Source of the DNA: Vicinamibacteria bacterium
GTDB lineage: Bacteria; Acidobacteriota; Vicinamibacteria; Fen-336
Direction: 5' to 3'
DNA length: 64,000 nucleotides
Assembly: GCA_035577965.1 (NCBI GenBank)
Contig: DATJYX010000078.1
Location: forward strand, 20,590-84,589
The translations under genes and the position numbers were made by a program. The notes under the pieces are model-generated. The model was given only the letters and a program-made list of their open reading frames with translations. It did not search any database and was not told the origin of the DNA. This document shows, in pieces, positions 17,967-30,023 of this stretch; position 1 is the first letter of the stretch; each line of letters starts with the position of its first letter.

Positions 17967-20051
17967 ATGAGCGCGTCTGTCCCCCCTTCGCCCCGCCGGC
18001 TCAAGGTCGTCTGCCCCCACGACTGCCCCGACACCTGCGTCATGACGGTGGACGTCGAGGACGGCCGCGCGGTCGCGATCGGCGGGGACCCCGACCACCG
18101 CTTCACTCAGGGCTTCCTCTGCGCCAAGGTCAACCAGTACCTCGACCGCGTCTACAGCCCGGAGCGCGTGCTCCACCCGATGAGGCGCGTGGGCCGGAAG
18201 GGAGAAGGCCGCTTCGAGCGGATCACGTGGGACGAGGCCCTCGACACGGTGGCGGGCCGCCTGCGGGAGATCGCTTCGACGCACGGGCCCCAGGCCGTGA
18301 TGCCCTACTCCTACGCCGGCAACATGGGGCTCCTCGGCTACGGCAGCATGGACCGGCGGTTCTTCAACGCCCTCGGCGCGAGCCTCCTCGACCGGACGAT
18401 CTGCTCGACGGCGGGCGCCTACGGCTACAAGGCCACCGCCGGCAAGGCGATGGGCTTCGACCCCGAGGCGGTCGTGCACGCCCGCCTCATCGTCGCCTGG
18501 GGAGCGAACCTCGTCAGCTCGAACGTGCACCTCTGGCCGTTCGTCGAGGAGGCGCGCCGGCGCGGGGCGCGCCTCGTGTGCGTCGACCCCTTCCGCTCCC
18601 GCACCGCCGAGATGGCCGACCTCCACGTCGCGCTCCTCCCCGGCACCGATGCCGCGCTCGCCCTGGGGATGATGCACGTCGCCTTCCGCGACGGGCTGGA
18701 GGACCGGGACTTCCTCGAGCGCCACACGGTCGGCCACACGGAGCTGCGCGAGCGGGCGCGGGAGTGGCCGCCCTCGCGGGTGGCGGAGACGACGGGCCTG
18801 CGGCCGGCGGAGATCGAGGCCTTCGCGCGCGAGTACGCCACGACGCGGCCCTCGGCGATCCGCCTCAACTACGGCCTCAACCGGCACGCCGGGGGCGGCA
18901 TGGCGGTACGGACGATCGCCTGCCTGCCCGCGGTGGTGGGGGCCTGGCGCGACGTCGGCGGCGGGGCGCTCCTCTCGACCTCGGGTACCTTCCCGGTGGA
19001 CGACGACGCCCTCCAGCGGCCCGACCTCGTTCCCCCCGGCACGCGCACCCTGAACATGAGCCAGCTCGGCCGGATCCTGAACGACCCGTCGCTCGAGCCT
19101 CCGGTCCAGGCGCTCTTCGTCTACAACTCGAACCCGGCCGCGGTGGCCCCGGAGCAGGACGCGGTGCGGCGGGGCCTCGCGCGGGAGGACCTCTTCCTCG
19201 TCGTGCACGAGCAGTTCCAGACCGACACGGCCGACTTCGCCGACGTCCTGCTCCCGGCCACGACGACGCTCGAGCACTACGACATCCACAAGGCCTACGG
19301 GCACCTCTACGTCAGCCTCAGCCGCCCGGCCATCGCGCCTCTCGGCGAGGCGGTCTCGAACACCGATCTCTTCCGTCGCCTCGCCGCCCGGATGGGGCTC
19401 GACCACCCGTGCCTGCGCGAGTCGGACGAGCAGATGGCGCGGCAGGCGTTCAGGTGGGACCACCCGTTCATGGCCGGGATCACCTTCGAGCGGCTCGAGC
19501 GCGAGGGCTCGGTGCGCCTCGCGGTGCCCGATCCCTTCGTGCCGTTCGCCCAGGGGGCGTTCCCGACGCCGTCGGGGAAGTGCGAGCTGCGGTCCGAGAA
19601 GCTCCTCGCCGAGGGGCACGACCCGGTGGCGGGGTACGTGCCGCCGCGCGAGGGACCCACGAGCGCGCCCGCGCTCGCCGAGCGGTATCCGCTGGCCTTC
19701 ATCTCGCCCCCCGCCCACCACTTCCTGAACTCGACCTTCTCCGCCCAGCCGGTCTTCGTGCGGCGCGAGGGCGAGGCGAGCGTCACCATCCATCCCGACG
19801 ACGCCGGCCCGAGGGGGATCGCGGACGGCGCGATGGCGCGGGTCTTCAACGACCGCGGCTCGTTCCTCGCCCGAGCCCGAGTCTCCGACGCGGCGCGGCC
19901 GGGGGTCGTCGTCGGCCTGTCGATCTGGTGGGCCAAGCTCTGCCCCGGAGGCCGCAACGCCAACGCGGTCACCGGCCAGGAGCTGACCGACATGGGAGGA
20001 GGCGCGACCTTCTACGACGCGCTCGTCGACGTGGAAGGGGTCCGGTCTTGA
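17967..20051 (+). CDS. molybdopterin-dependent oxidoreductase (DMSO-reductase superfamily, cytoplasmic, N-terminal 4Fe-4S)
   Basis: The 694-aa ORF has an N-terminal CPHDCPDTC...C cluster motif and molybdopterin dinucleotide-binding regions. There is no Tat signal and no in-frame TGA. Confidence 0.8.
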   Translation: MSASVPPSPRRLKVVCPHDCPDTCVMTVDVEDGRAVAIGGDPDHRFTQGFLCAKVNQYLDRVYSPERVLHPMRRVGRKGEGRFERITWDEALDTVAGRLREIASTHGPQAVMPYSYAGNMGLLGYGSMDRRFFNALGASLLDRTICSTAGAYGYKATAGKAMGFDPEAVVHARLIVAWGANLVSSNVHLWPFVEEARRRGARLVCVDPFRSRTAEMADLHVALLPGTDAALALGMMHVAFRDGLEDRDFLERHTVGHTELRERAREWPPSRVAETTGLRPAEIEAFAREYATTRPSAIRLNYGLNRHAGGGMAVRTIACLPAVVGAWRDVGGGALLSTSGTFPVDDDALQRPDLVPPGTRTLNMSQLGRILNDPSLEPPVQALFVYNSNPAAVAPEQDAVRRGLAREDLFLVVHEQFQTDTADFADVLLPATTTLEHYDIHKAYGHLYVSLSRPAIAPLGEAVSNTDLFRRLAARMGLDHPCLRESDEQMARQAFRWDHPFMAGITFERLEREGSVRLAVPDPFVPFAQGAFPTPSGKCELRSEKLLAEGHDPVAGYVPPREGPTSAPALAERYPLAFISPPAHHFLNSTFSAQPVFVRREGEASVTIHPDDAGPRGIADGAMARVFNDRGSFLARARVSDAARPGVVVGLSIWWAKLCPGGRNANAVTGQELTDMGGGATFYDALVDVEGVRS

Positions 20052-20097
20052 GCCGGCTTGATCCGCCGCCGAGACGGTCGCGGCCTGATCCGAGGTA

Positions 20098-20433
20098 ATG
20101 GTCGGCGCGTTCGTCGCCGCCACCGTCGTCACGCTCGTCCAGTTCCTGCGCCTCCGTGACCGGCGCCTCCTCCCGCTGGCCGCGATGTTCGCCTTCCAGG
20201 CGCAGGCCCTGGCCCGCGAGTGGTACGACGTCTGGCGCGACGCCTTTCAGGCCGGGGTGTGCGTGGCCGGCCTCGCCCTTCTGCTCTCCCTCTCGCTCTG
20301 GCCGTCACCGGTGCCGCCGGCTCGGCCGGCGCCGCCGGCCGCTGCCGACGTGCCCGAGCCGCCGCCCCCGGCCGACCCGGCGGAGTCGCCGCCCCCGGCC
20401 GGCCTGCCGGGGCCGTCACCCCCGTCCGCCTGA
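20098..20433 (+). CDS. hypothetical small membrane/proline-rich protein (doubtful)
   Basis: A 111-aa ORF with one hydrophobic stretch and a Pro-rich tail. No recognisable domain; it may not be a real gene. Confidence 0.2.
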   Translation: MVGAFVAATVVTLVQFLRLRDRRLLPLAAMFAFQAQALAREWYDVWRDAFQAGVCVAGLALLLSLSLWPSPVPPARPAPPAAADVPEPPPPADPAESPPPAGLPGPSPPSA

Positions 20434-20494
20434 ACCGGGTGCTCGGTCCGACTCGCCGGCCCGCTACGACCCGTCGCGCCGGGCCCGTTGGAGC

Positions 20495-20500
20495 TAGACT
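20495..20500 (+). promoter_or_regulatory. -10-like TAGACT 7 nt upstream of the M24 peptidase ATG (leaderless-type architecture)
   Basis: The hexamer and spacing to the start codon are identical to those at the kgd start. No SD is present. Confidence 0.35.
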
Positions 20501-20507
20501 TGCGCCC

Positions 20508-21650
20508 ATGGTGCGAACGAAGAAGCGCCGCGCGCCCGCCGGCCGTCTCCTCTATGCCGCCTCCGAGACCGACGCCGACATCCTCTACCCGACCGGCTTC
20601 TTCGCTCCGGACCCGTTCCTCTTCGTCCAGAAGGGAAGGACACGGATCCTCGTCATGAGCGACCTCGAGATGGACCGCGCGAGGAAGCAGGCCCGCGTGG
20701 ACCGGGTACTCTCGTGGTCGAGGGTGGCGGCGCCCCTCGAGAAGGACGGCCGGAAGGCCCTGCCCCCCGACGTGATCGCCCTCTTCCTGAAGCAGCTCGG
20801 AATGCGGCGAGTGGAGGTCCCGCCGAGCTTCCCCCTCGGCCTCGCGAAGGACCTCGCCGCGCGCGGGATCCGCCTCCGCGTCGGCCCCGACCCTTTCTGG
20901 CCCGAGCGCGAGATCAAGCATCCCCACGAGGTGCGGGCGATCGAGGCGTCGCTGCGCGCCGCCGAAGCGGGCCTCCTGGCCGGCATCGAGGCCCTCAAGG
21001 CTTGCCGCATCCGGAACGGATGGCTCTTTCGCGACGGCCGGAAGTTCACCGCCGAAGACCTGCGCTCGACGATCAACACGCGGATGATGGCCGACGGCTT
21101 CCTGCCCTCCCACACGATCTGCGCCCCCGGCGACCAGGCGGTGGACCCGCACGAGGAGGGCCACGGCCCGATCCGCGCGAACGCTCCGGTCGTCCTCGAC
21201 ATCTTCCCGCGGTCCGAGAAGACGGGCTACTTCGGTGACCTGACGCGCACCGTCGTGCGCGGGCGGGCGAGCTACAGGCTCCACGAGGTCTACGCGATCG
21301 TCCACGAGGGCGTGCGCCTCGGCCACCGGATGGTCAAGGACGGCGTCGAGGGGATGGACGTCCACAAGGCGATCCAGGCCCTCTTCGAGCGCCAGGGCTA
21401 CGAGACGGGCGTGAGGGACGGCCGGATGCAGGGCTTCTTCCACGGGACCGGCCACGGGCTGGGCCTGCAGATCCACGAGGCCCCGTCGATCGGCAAGCGG
21501 CCGTACAGGCTGCGGGCCGGCCACGTCGTGACCGTCGAGCCCGGCCTGTATTACCTCGGCCTCGGCGGGGTCCGGATCGAGGATGTCGCGCTCGTGACGA
21601 AGACCGGCTCGCGCTGCCTGACCGTCGTGCCCAAGCAGCTCGAGATCTGA
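20508..21650 (+). CDS. M24-family metallopeptidase (Xaa-Pro aminopeptidase/creatinase fold)
   Basis: The pita-bread fold metal ligands are present (DLTRT, HGTGHGLGL, VEPG). Met97 of the track ORF (ATG 20508) gives a 380-aa protein with the creatinase N-domain. TAGACT lies 7 nt upstream. Confidence 0.8.
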   Translation: MVRTKKRRAPAGRLLYAASETDADILYPTGFFAPDPFLFVQKGRTRILVMSDLEMDRARKQARVDRVLSWSRVAAPLEKDGRKALPPDVIALFLKQLGMRRVEVPPSFPLGLAKDLAARGIRLRVGPDPFWPEREIKHPHEVRAIEASLRAAEAGLLAGIEALKACRIRNGWLFRDGRKFTAEDLRSTINTRMMADGFLPSHTICAPGDQAVDPHEEGHGPIRANAPVVLDIFPRSEKTGYFGDLTRTVVRGRASYRLHEVYAIVHEGVRLGHRMVKDGVEGMDVHKAIQALFERQGYETGVRDGRMQGFFHGTGHGLGLQIHEAPSIGKRPYRLRAGHVVTVEPGLYYLGLGGVRIEDVALVTKTGSRCLTVVPKQLEI

Positions 21651-21719
21651 CGGGGGACGAGACTGGCCGACGGCAGCGACCCGCTCCTCGCCTCGCTCCG
21701 CTTCGCGGCGTTCGCCGCC

Positions 21720-23579
21720 TTGGCCGTCGTGGGCCCGGGCGTCGGCCTGCAGCGCCTCCTCCGCCTCCGCTGGGACCCGGCCCTCGTCGTCCCCCTCGGC
21801 CTGCTCTTCGCCGCCTTCGCCTACTGGCTGAACCTCGTCACCGGAGCGCCGTGGCTCTTCCCGCTCGCCGTCCTCGCCGCGGGCCTGCCCGTCCTGCGGC
21901 GCGGTCTCGCGAGGGACCGGGCCGAGGGCCCCTCTCTCCGCGGTGCTTTGCCCGCCGTGGGCGTGATCGTGGCCCTCCTGGCCGCGACGCAATACCGCGC
22001 CAACCGCCTCGGCCCGGACGGGAGCTTCCTCCTCGACGTCGGCGAGCACACCGACACCGCCGTGCACGTCGGCGTGTCGTGGGAGCTCGTGGCCGGCTAC
22101 CCGCCCCAGGTCCCCGGCCTCGCCGGGGTCCCGATGCGGTACCACGTCGGGAGCCACCTCGTGCGGGCCGCCGCTGCGCGCTGGGCCGGTGTCCACCCCT
22201 ACGACTCGATGAGCCGCTTCGACGTCACGCTTTGGGGCATCGCGCTCGTGCTCGCCCTGCGCGCCGCCGCGCAGGCCCTCGGCCTGGGGGCGACGGTCGT
22301 GCGTCTCGCCGGCTTCCTGCCCCTCGCCACCGACCTCTCCTTCCTGCCCGGGGCGCTCCTCGGCGCCGGGCACTGGGCGATGAAGCTGGGCGACAACCTC
22401 CTCGAGGGCGTCTTCTACGCGAACTCGATCTCGCCCGCCCTCGCGGTGGCGCTCGCCGCCCTCGTCGCGATCGCGCGGGCCTCCCGCGGCGAGGGCCGCC
22501 GCTGGCTGGTCCTCGCCTCCTTCCTCGGCGCCGGCGCCACGTTCCTGAAGGCGTTCACCGGCGCGCAGCTCCTCCTCGCCCTCGGCCTCGCGTGGCTCGT
22601 CCGGCGATCGTGGCCGCTCGCCGCGGTCGCCGTAGCGGTGGCCGCGGCGGTCGTACTCCTGGCCATGGGCTCGCTCGGCCCGGGGGCAGGGGAGACCGTC
22701 GAGGTCGCTTTCCGCCCCTTCGCGCCCACGAACCCGGCGCGCGTGGCGTTCGGCCTGCCCGCGGCGAGCGGTTTCGCCCTCGCGTGGTCGGGCGTCGCCT
22801 GGATCATCCTCTCTCTCGGCGTCCGGGCGGTCGGGATCCCGGGCGCCGTCCGGGGCCTCCGGGGAGGAGATCCGGCGACGGCAACGCTCGGCGCGCTCGC
22901 CCTCGTCGGCTGGCCGATCGCGCTCCTCGCCAGCGTCACCGCCGACCCCGGCTACGACGAGGGCTTCTACTTCCTGCAGGCGAGCGGCCTCGCGCTGTGG
23001 CTCTTCGCGGCCCGCGCCCTGGTCGACCTCGCCCGGAGGTCGCGGGCCGCCGTCGCCGTGCTCGTGCTCCTCGCCCTGCCTTCGACGGTCGAGCTCCTCG
23101 TCCGCCGAGCCCTCCAGGAGCCCGAACGCATCCCGGCTCCGATCGCCCGAGCCATGACGGCGCTGCGTGCGGCGAGCTGCCCCGGCGACGTGGTCCTGAT
23201 GCGGCCGAGCGTCGCCTTCGTCCCCCCGGTCGTCGTCCTCGCCGGCCGTCGGGTGCCCCTCGCCACCTTCTTCCCGTACTGGCGCCAGTTCACGACGCCC
23301 GCGTTCATGGCCGATCGGGAGAGGGCGGTGGCTTCGTTCTTCCGGGCCGGAGACGCGGAGTCCGCGCTCCGGGCGGCGCGCCGCCTGGGGGCGCGCTTCG
23401 CGGTGTTCGAGAGGCCTCCGAAAGAGCGCTCGCCGTCGGAGACGGGTCCCCGGCCGGCGCGCGACGCGCTCCTCGAAGCCGGCGCGCTCGCGCCCGTCCA
23501 CGTGGAGCCGGGCGCCGCCGTCTTCCGGCTCGTACCGCTCGCGCCGGAGGAGCGCTGCTCCTCGGCTCGCGGTCTATAA
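21720..23579 (+). CDS. hypothetical polytopic membrane protein (possibly GT-C-like glycosyltransferase fold)
   Basis: The 619-aa ORF has more than 10 predicted TM helices and a C-terminal soluble domain. It has a TTG start, and the true start is uncertain. The stop lies 10 nt before the kinase gene. Confidence 0.5.
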   Translation: MAVVGPGVGLQRLLRLRWDPALVVPLGLLFAAFAYWLNLVTGAPWLFPLAVLAAGLPVLRRGLARDRAEGPSLRGALPAVGVIVALLAATQYRANRLGPDGSFLLDVGEHTDTAVHVGVSWELVAGYPPQVPGLAGVPMRYHVGSHLVRAAAARWAGVHPYDSMSRFDVTLWGIALVLALRAAAQALGLGATVVRLAGFLPLATDLSFLPGALLGAGHWAMKLGDNLLEGVFYANSISPALAVALAALVAIARASRGEGRRWLVLASFLGAGATFLKAFTGAQLLLALGLAWLVRRSWPLAAVAVAVAAAVVLLAMGSLGPGAGETVEVAFRPFAPTNPARVAFGLPAASGFALAWSGVAWIILSLGVRAVGIPGAVRGLRGGDPATATLGALALVGWPIALLASVTADPGYDEGFYFLQASGLALWLFAARALVDLARRSRAAVAVLVLLALPSTVELLVRRALQEPERIPAPIARAMTALRAASCPGDVVLMRPSVAFVPPVVVLAGRRVPLATFFPYWRQFTTPAFMADRERAVASFFRAGDAESALRAARRLGARFAVFERPPKERSPSETGPRPARDALLEAGALAPVHVEPGAAVFRLVPLAPEERCSSARGL

Positions 23580-23580
23580 T
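23575..23580 (+). promoter_or_regulatory. consensus TATAAT -10 overlapping the stop codon of the upstream membrane-protein gene, 8 nt upstream of the kinase ATG
   Basis: The sequence is ggtcTATAATccccgcccATG with no SD. Confidence 0.35.
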
Positions 23581-23588
23581 CCCCGCCC

Positions 23589-26282
<2,694 letters not shown>

Positions 26283-26642
26283 CCGCACGCGACCGGGTGA
26301 TGGCCGGCCCGCCACCAGAGAGAAGAACGTCACCAGGCGCGGCGCCGGTTTGCCGAAGGAAGCGCCGCGGTGACCGCGAAGCGATCCCCGGCGGCGACAA
26401 CGCGGTCGTCCTCGCCCATCTCCACGTGAGTTGCGCCATCAGGCTCATTGACCCGAGGCAGGGGCAAGGCTGAATCGCTCTGGTGGCAACCCGCACCTTG
26501 ACGCCGAGACCATGGCGCTCATCGGTGAGGCGGCTCAAGATCGCGCAGTCTGCGCCCTTCGGAGATGGACGCGGCCCGGCGCATTGGGACCACTCCAAGT
26601 GCGGTCACGCATCTCAATGGGCACACGTGCATTGAAGATCGC

Positions 26643-27518
26643 TCAGAGCCCGTTCGCCGCCAGGAAGCGGAGGACGGCTTCCCAGTAACCTGGGGCGTTC
26701 GCGGCGCCGCAGTGGGGGGCGCCGGGGGCGATCCAGAGCTGCTTCGGGCCGGGGTGGGCGTCGTAGACGCGGCGGACCACGGCCTCGGGCATCCGGGGGT
26801 CGGCGCCGTCCACGATCGCGAGCAGGGCCCCCCGGGCTTGCCGCGCGGCCTCGACCGCGCTCACCTCGTCCGCGTCGAAGCCGGCGCGCCATTCCGCGAC
26901 CGCGATCCCGGCCGGAACGAGAGGGAACCACGACGGTAGTCCGTAGTAGAGACGCGCGTGGTGGGCTATCGTGCTGCGGTAGTCGTCGTAGGGGGCCTCG
27001 GCCACCACGGCCCGAACGTCGCTCTCCCCGGCGGCGGCGCGGAGGACGGCGACCGCACCCATCGACGCCCCCAACAGCACGACTCCCGAGTGGGCGAGGC
27101 CGCGCCCGCGCAGTGAGGCGATGGCGGCGCGCACGTCCTCCCGCTCGCGGCCGCCCATCGTCGTGTAGCGCCCTCCGCTCCCGCCGTGGCCGCGCAGGTC
27201 GAGGAGGAGCACTGTGTGTCCCCGCCCGTAGAGGCGATAGCCCGAGTCGGTGTAGCTCTCCAGGCTGTCGCCGAGGCCGTGGACGAGGACGGCCGCGGCC
27301 CGCGTGTCGTCGCCTCGGGCGAGCCAGGCCCGGAGGCGGAGCCCCTCGGAGGGAAGGCCGATCTCGGTCCACGGCGGATGGGGCGCGTGAGCGGGCTGCC
27401 GGATCGTCCCCAGGAGGACCTGCGAGACGGCGAGGGGAAGACCGACGAAGACGGTCCCCCCGTAGAGGGCGACCCGGGCCAGGATCCGGCCGCGGCGCGT
27501 GGCGAAAAGAGGGCGCAC
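26643..27518 (-). CDS. alpha/beta-fold hydrolase
   Basis: The 291-aa ORF has a nucleophile elbow GASMG and an HGLGDS oxyanion-region motif. GTG start, divergent from the GntR gene. Confidence 0.75.
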   Translation of the reverse strand: MRPLFATRRGRILARVALYGGTVFVGLPLAVSQVLLGTIRQPAHAPHPPWTEIGLPSEGLRLRAWLARGDDTRAAAVLVHGLGDSLESYTDSGYRLYGRGHTVLLLDLRGHGGSGGRYTTMGGREREDVRAAIASLRGRGLAHSGVVLLGASMGAVAVLRAAAGESDVRAVVAEAPYDDYRSTIAHHARLYYGLPSWFPLVPAGIAVAEWRAGFDADEVSAVEAARQARGALLAIVDGADPRMPEAVVRRVYDAHPGPKQLWIAPGAPHCGAANAPGYWEAVLRFLAANGL

Positions 27519-27553
27519 GGATCCATAATGACGCGGCTTCGGACGGAGTGACC
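27519..27553. promoter_or_regulatory. 35-bp divergent intergenic region containing a CATAAT/ATTATG element usable as a -10 in both directions (GntR regulator and alpha/beta hydrolase)
   Basis: atccATAATgacg lies 24 nt before the GntR ATG (with a GGAG SD). Its complement cgtcATTATgg lies 6 nt before the hydrolase GTG. Confidence 0.3.
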
Positions 27554-28474
27554 ATGGACTTCGTGCTCAGCCGCAAGGGGGGCGTGCCCGTTCACGACCA
27601 GCTGCTCGCCCAGCTGGAGCTCAAGATCCTCGGTGGCCTGATCGTCCCCGGGCAGCGCCTGCCGTCCGTCCGCGTCCTCGCCCGGCGGCTCGGCCTCCAC
27701 GCGAACACGGTTTCGTCGGCGTACCGGGAGCTCGAGAAGGCCGGACACGTGGAGCTGCGCCGGGGGGCCGGCGTCTACGTCCGGGCCGGCGCCCCGGCGG
27801 GGCTCGACGAGGCGCGCGGGCTCGACGAGCTCGTCCGTCTGGCCCTGAGCGCCGCCTTCCGCAAGGGCTTCTCGGGGGGCGAGATCCGGACGGCCGTCGA
27901 GCGCTGGCTCCGGGCTGCGCCGCCGGAGCGCGTCGTCATCGTGGACCCCCAGCCGGAGACGATCGAGATCATCGCCCACGAGATCCGCACCGCCCTCGGC
28001 GTCCCCGCCTCGGGCTGCACCCTCGAGGCGCTGGCCCGCGAGCCCGGTCTGGCCTCGGGCGCCCTGCTCGTCGCCCTGCCCTACCACTTCGCGAAGGTCG
28101 CCCGCATGGCCCCGGGGGCGCCCCTCGAGCCGATCCACGTCGACGTCTCACCGCAGGAGCAGAAGACCGTTCTCGCGCTGCCCGCGGGCGCCACGGTCGT
28201 CATGGTCTCCACCTCGCCGAGCGTCCTCAAGTTCGCGGGGGCGCTCGTGGGCGGCCTGCGCGGCGACGAGCTCCTCGTCGAGACGCGGCTCCTCGCGCGG
28301 CGTGCGGAGTGGCGGCGGCTCCTCCCCGCCGCCGACCTCGTGCTCGCCGACGTCCTGTCCTCGCCCGCGCTCCGCGAGGCCGGCCCGCGCCGCCTCCGCG
28401 AGCTGCGCCTGCTCGCCGAGTCGGACCTCGCCCACATCCGCAAGGCTCTGGTGACGCTCATTCCTGCCGCCTAG
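27554..28474 (+). CDS. GntR-family transcriptional regulator with uncharacterised C-terminal domain
   Basis: Met148 of the track ORF (ATG 27554) gives an N-terminal GntR winged HTH (LPSVRVLARRLGLHANTVSSAYRELE). The C-terminal domain of about 230 aa has no recognised effector fold. GGAG SD is present. Confidence 0.7.
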   Translation: MDFVLSRKGGVPVHDQLLAQLELKILGGLIVPGQRLPSVRVLARRLGLHANTVSSAYRELEKAGHVELRRGAGVYVRAGAPAGLDEARGLDELVRLALSAAFRKGFSGGEIRTAVERWLRAAPPERVVIVDPQPETIEIIAHEIRTALGVPASGCTLEALAREPGLASGALLVALPYHFAKVARMAPGAPLEPIHVDVSPQEQKTVLALPAGATVVMVSTSPSVLKFAGALVGGLRGDELLVETRLLARRAEWRRLLPAADLVLADVLSSPALREAGPRRLRELRLLAESDLAHIRKALVTLIPAA

Positions 28475-28520
28475 GGGACCGGCGGTCATCGACGGAGGGA
28501 GCCCGCAGCGGCGAGGGAGG

Positions 28521-29132
28521 GTGATGGCGCTCTGGACCGACCCGCGCATCCCGCTGCTGGGACCGAACGTGCAGCGCGCCCACGGTCGTCTCGCGGCCGC
28601 GGTCGGGCGCTTCATGATGGGCGTCCGGGGCTGGCGCGTCGAGGGGGAGTTCCCGGACATCCCGCGGATGGTGCTCATCGTCGCCCCCCACACCTCGAAC
28701 TGGGACTTCCTGACCGGCCTGTGGGTGAAGCTGGCCATGCGCATCGGAGGGAGCTTCGTGGGCAAGCACACGCTCTTCCGGTGGCCGCTCGGCATCTTCA
28801 TGCGGTGGCTCGGCGGCGTGCCGGTGGACCGGTCGGCCGCGGCCGGCTTCGTGGAGGAGGCGGCCCGCGTGCTCCGGGACTCGGAGCGAATGACCCTGGT
28901 CATCGCGCCCGAGGGCACGCGGAAGCGCGCCGGCCGATGGAAGTCGGGCTTCTACCGCATCGCCGTGGTGGCCGGCGTCCCCATTCTCCTCGCCGGGTTC
29001 GACTACTCCCGGAAGGTCGTCCGCTTCGGGCCGCTCTTCCACCCCACCGGAGACTACGAGAAGGACTTGCCCGCGATCCAGGCGCACTACCGCGCCGGGA
29101 TGGCCCTCAAGCCGGAGAACTACGGCTCGTAG
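28521..29132 (+). CDS. lysophospholipid acyltransferase (PlsC-like 1-acyl-sn-glycerol-3-phosphate acyltransferase family)
   Basis: HX4D motif (HTSNWD) and APEGTR motif; 203 aa. Confidence 0.75.
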   Translation: MMALWTDPRIPLLGPNVQRAHGRLAAAVGRFMMGVRGWRVEGEFPDIPRMVLIVAPHTSNWDFLTGLWVKLAMRIGGSFVGKHTLFRWPLGIFMRWLGGVPVDRSAAAGFVEEAARVLRDSERMTLVIAPEGTRKRAGRWKSGFYRIAVVAGVPILLAGFDYSRKVVRFGPLFHPTGDYEKDLPAIQAHYRAGMALKPENYGS

Positions 29133-29174
29133 CCGCCGGAGTCCTCGGTCGGAGCCCTCGCTCGCCGGGCCTCT

Positions 29175-29960
29175 TCAGTCGCCGTCACCGTCTCCGATGA
29201 CGTCCTCGAGGTGGCGGAGAAGCCGGGCGCCCGCCTCCTTGCTGTAGGGCTTCGCGTAGAAGTCCTCGAGCTCGAGCGGGGGGTGGATCTTGAGCGAGCA
29301 CCGCTTGAAGAGCTTGCCCGGCACCTGCTTGTGCAGGAGGAGGTCGCGGAACCCGTCGACGCGCACCGGCAGCGCCACCGCCCTCGTGTTGTGGAGGAGC
29401 CGCGACACCCCGGAGCGCAGGGGCGCGCCCTTCTTCGTGGTGCCGGCGGGGAAGTGGAGCAGCCAGCCGTCGTGGATCGCCTCCTCGACGCGCGCGACCC
29501 CGTCCATGTCCACCGGTCGGCGGACGTCCACCCCGCCCTCCCGGAAGCTGCGCCTGAACGTCACTCCTCCGGCGAGGGTCATGAGCTTGGTGAGGAGGTT
29601 CTGCTTCATCGTCTCCTCCGCGGCAGAGAAGCGGAGGACCGGGTCCTCGAGCGGGAGCTGGTGGCGGACGTAGACGAGGTCGAAGAAGGCGAGGGCCTCG
29701 AGGAAGTACGTCTGGTGGTTGGCCAGGAAGGCGACGTTCATCCGGGGCAGGTCCTTCAGGACCTCGTCGCCTTCGACCTGGACGTCGTTGAGGATGGCGA
29801 GATAGGGGACGGTGAAGCCGACCCCGAAGCCGGCGAGCAGGCCCCGCCGCAGCCACCGGTTCAGGAACGTCCGGGCCGCTTTCTCGGGGAGCACGCCCCC
29901 CAGGAGCTTCACTCCCGGGATCGCGCCGACGAGCCCGTTGGCCAGACCTCGTGCACCCAT
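29175..29960 (-). CDS. lysophospholipid acyltransferase family protein (divergent LPLAT)
   Basis: The 261-aa ORF has an NHQTYFLE (HX4E-type) motif and an FPAGTTKKG motif of glycerolipid acyltransferases. Confidence 0.6.
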   Translation of the reverse strand: MGARGLANGLVGAIPGVKLLGGVLPEKAARTFLNRWLRRGLLAGFGVGFTVPYLAILNDVQVEGDEVLKDLPRMNVAFLANHQTYFLEALAFFDLVYVRHQLPLEDPVLRFSAAEETMKQNLLTKLMTLAGGVTFRRSFREGGVDVRRPVDMDGVARVEEAIHDGWLLHFPAGTTKKGAPLRSGVSRLLHNTRAVALPVRVDGFRDLLLHKQVPGKLFKRCSLKIHPPLELEDFYAKPYSKEAGARLLRHLEDVIGDGDGD

Positions 29961-30023
29961 GCCGCGACCGCCTCGACGGCCGACCGATCTTATCCCGCTC
30001 CCGATCGCCGGTCACGCCCGAGG

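Noticed and set aside
17967-20051. Possible selenocysteine (in-frame TGA) in the molybdopterin oxidoreductase, given the nearby selD
   Set aside because: The ORF is continuous with no internal TGA, and the N-terminal region is not formate-dehydrogenase-like. No SECIS-like hairpin was identified.
20098-20433. 111-aa ORF with a Pro-rich tail as a real gene
   Set aside because: It has no domain and no SD, and it overlaps the alternative-frame N-terminal extension of the M24 peptidase track ORF. I retained it only at 0.2 confidence.
26283-26642. Lower-GC 360-bp tract as a mobile-element remnant or integration scar
   Set aside because: There are no flanking direct repeats, no tRNA or integrase nearby, and the coding GC on both sides is unchanged. 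I kept it only as a possible sRNA/terminator region.
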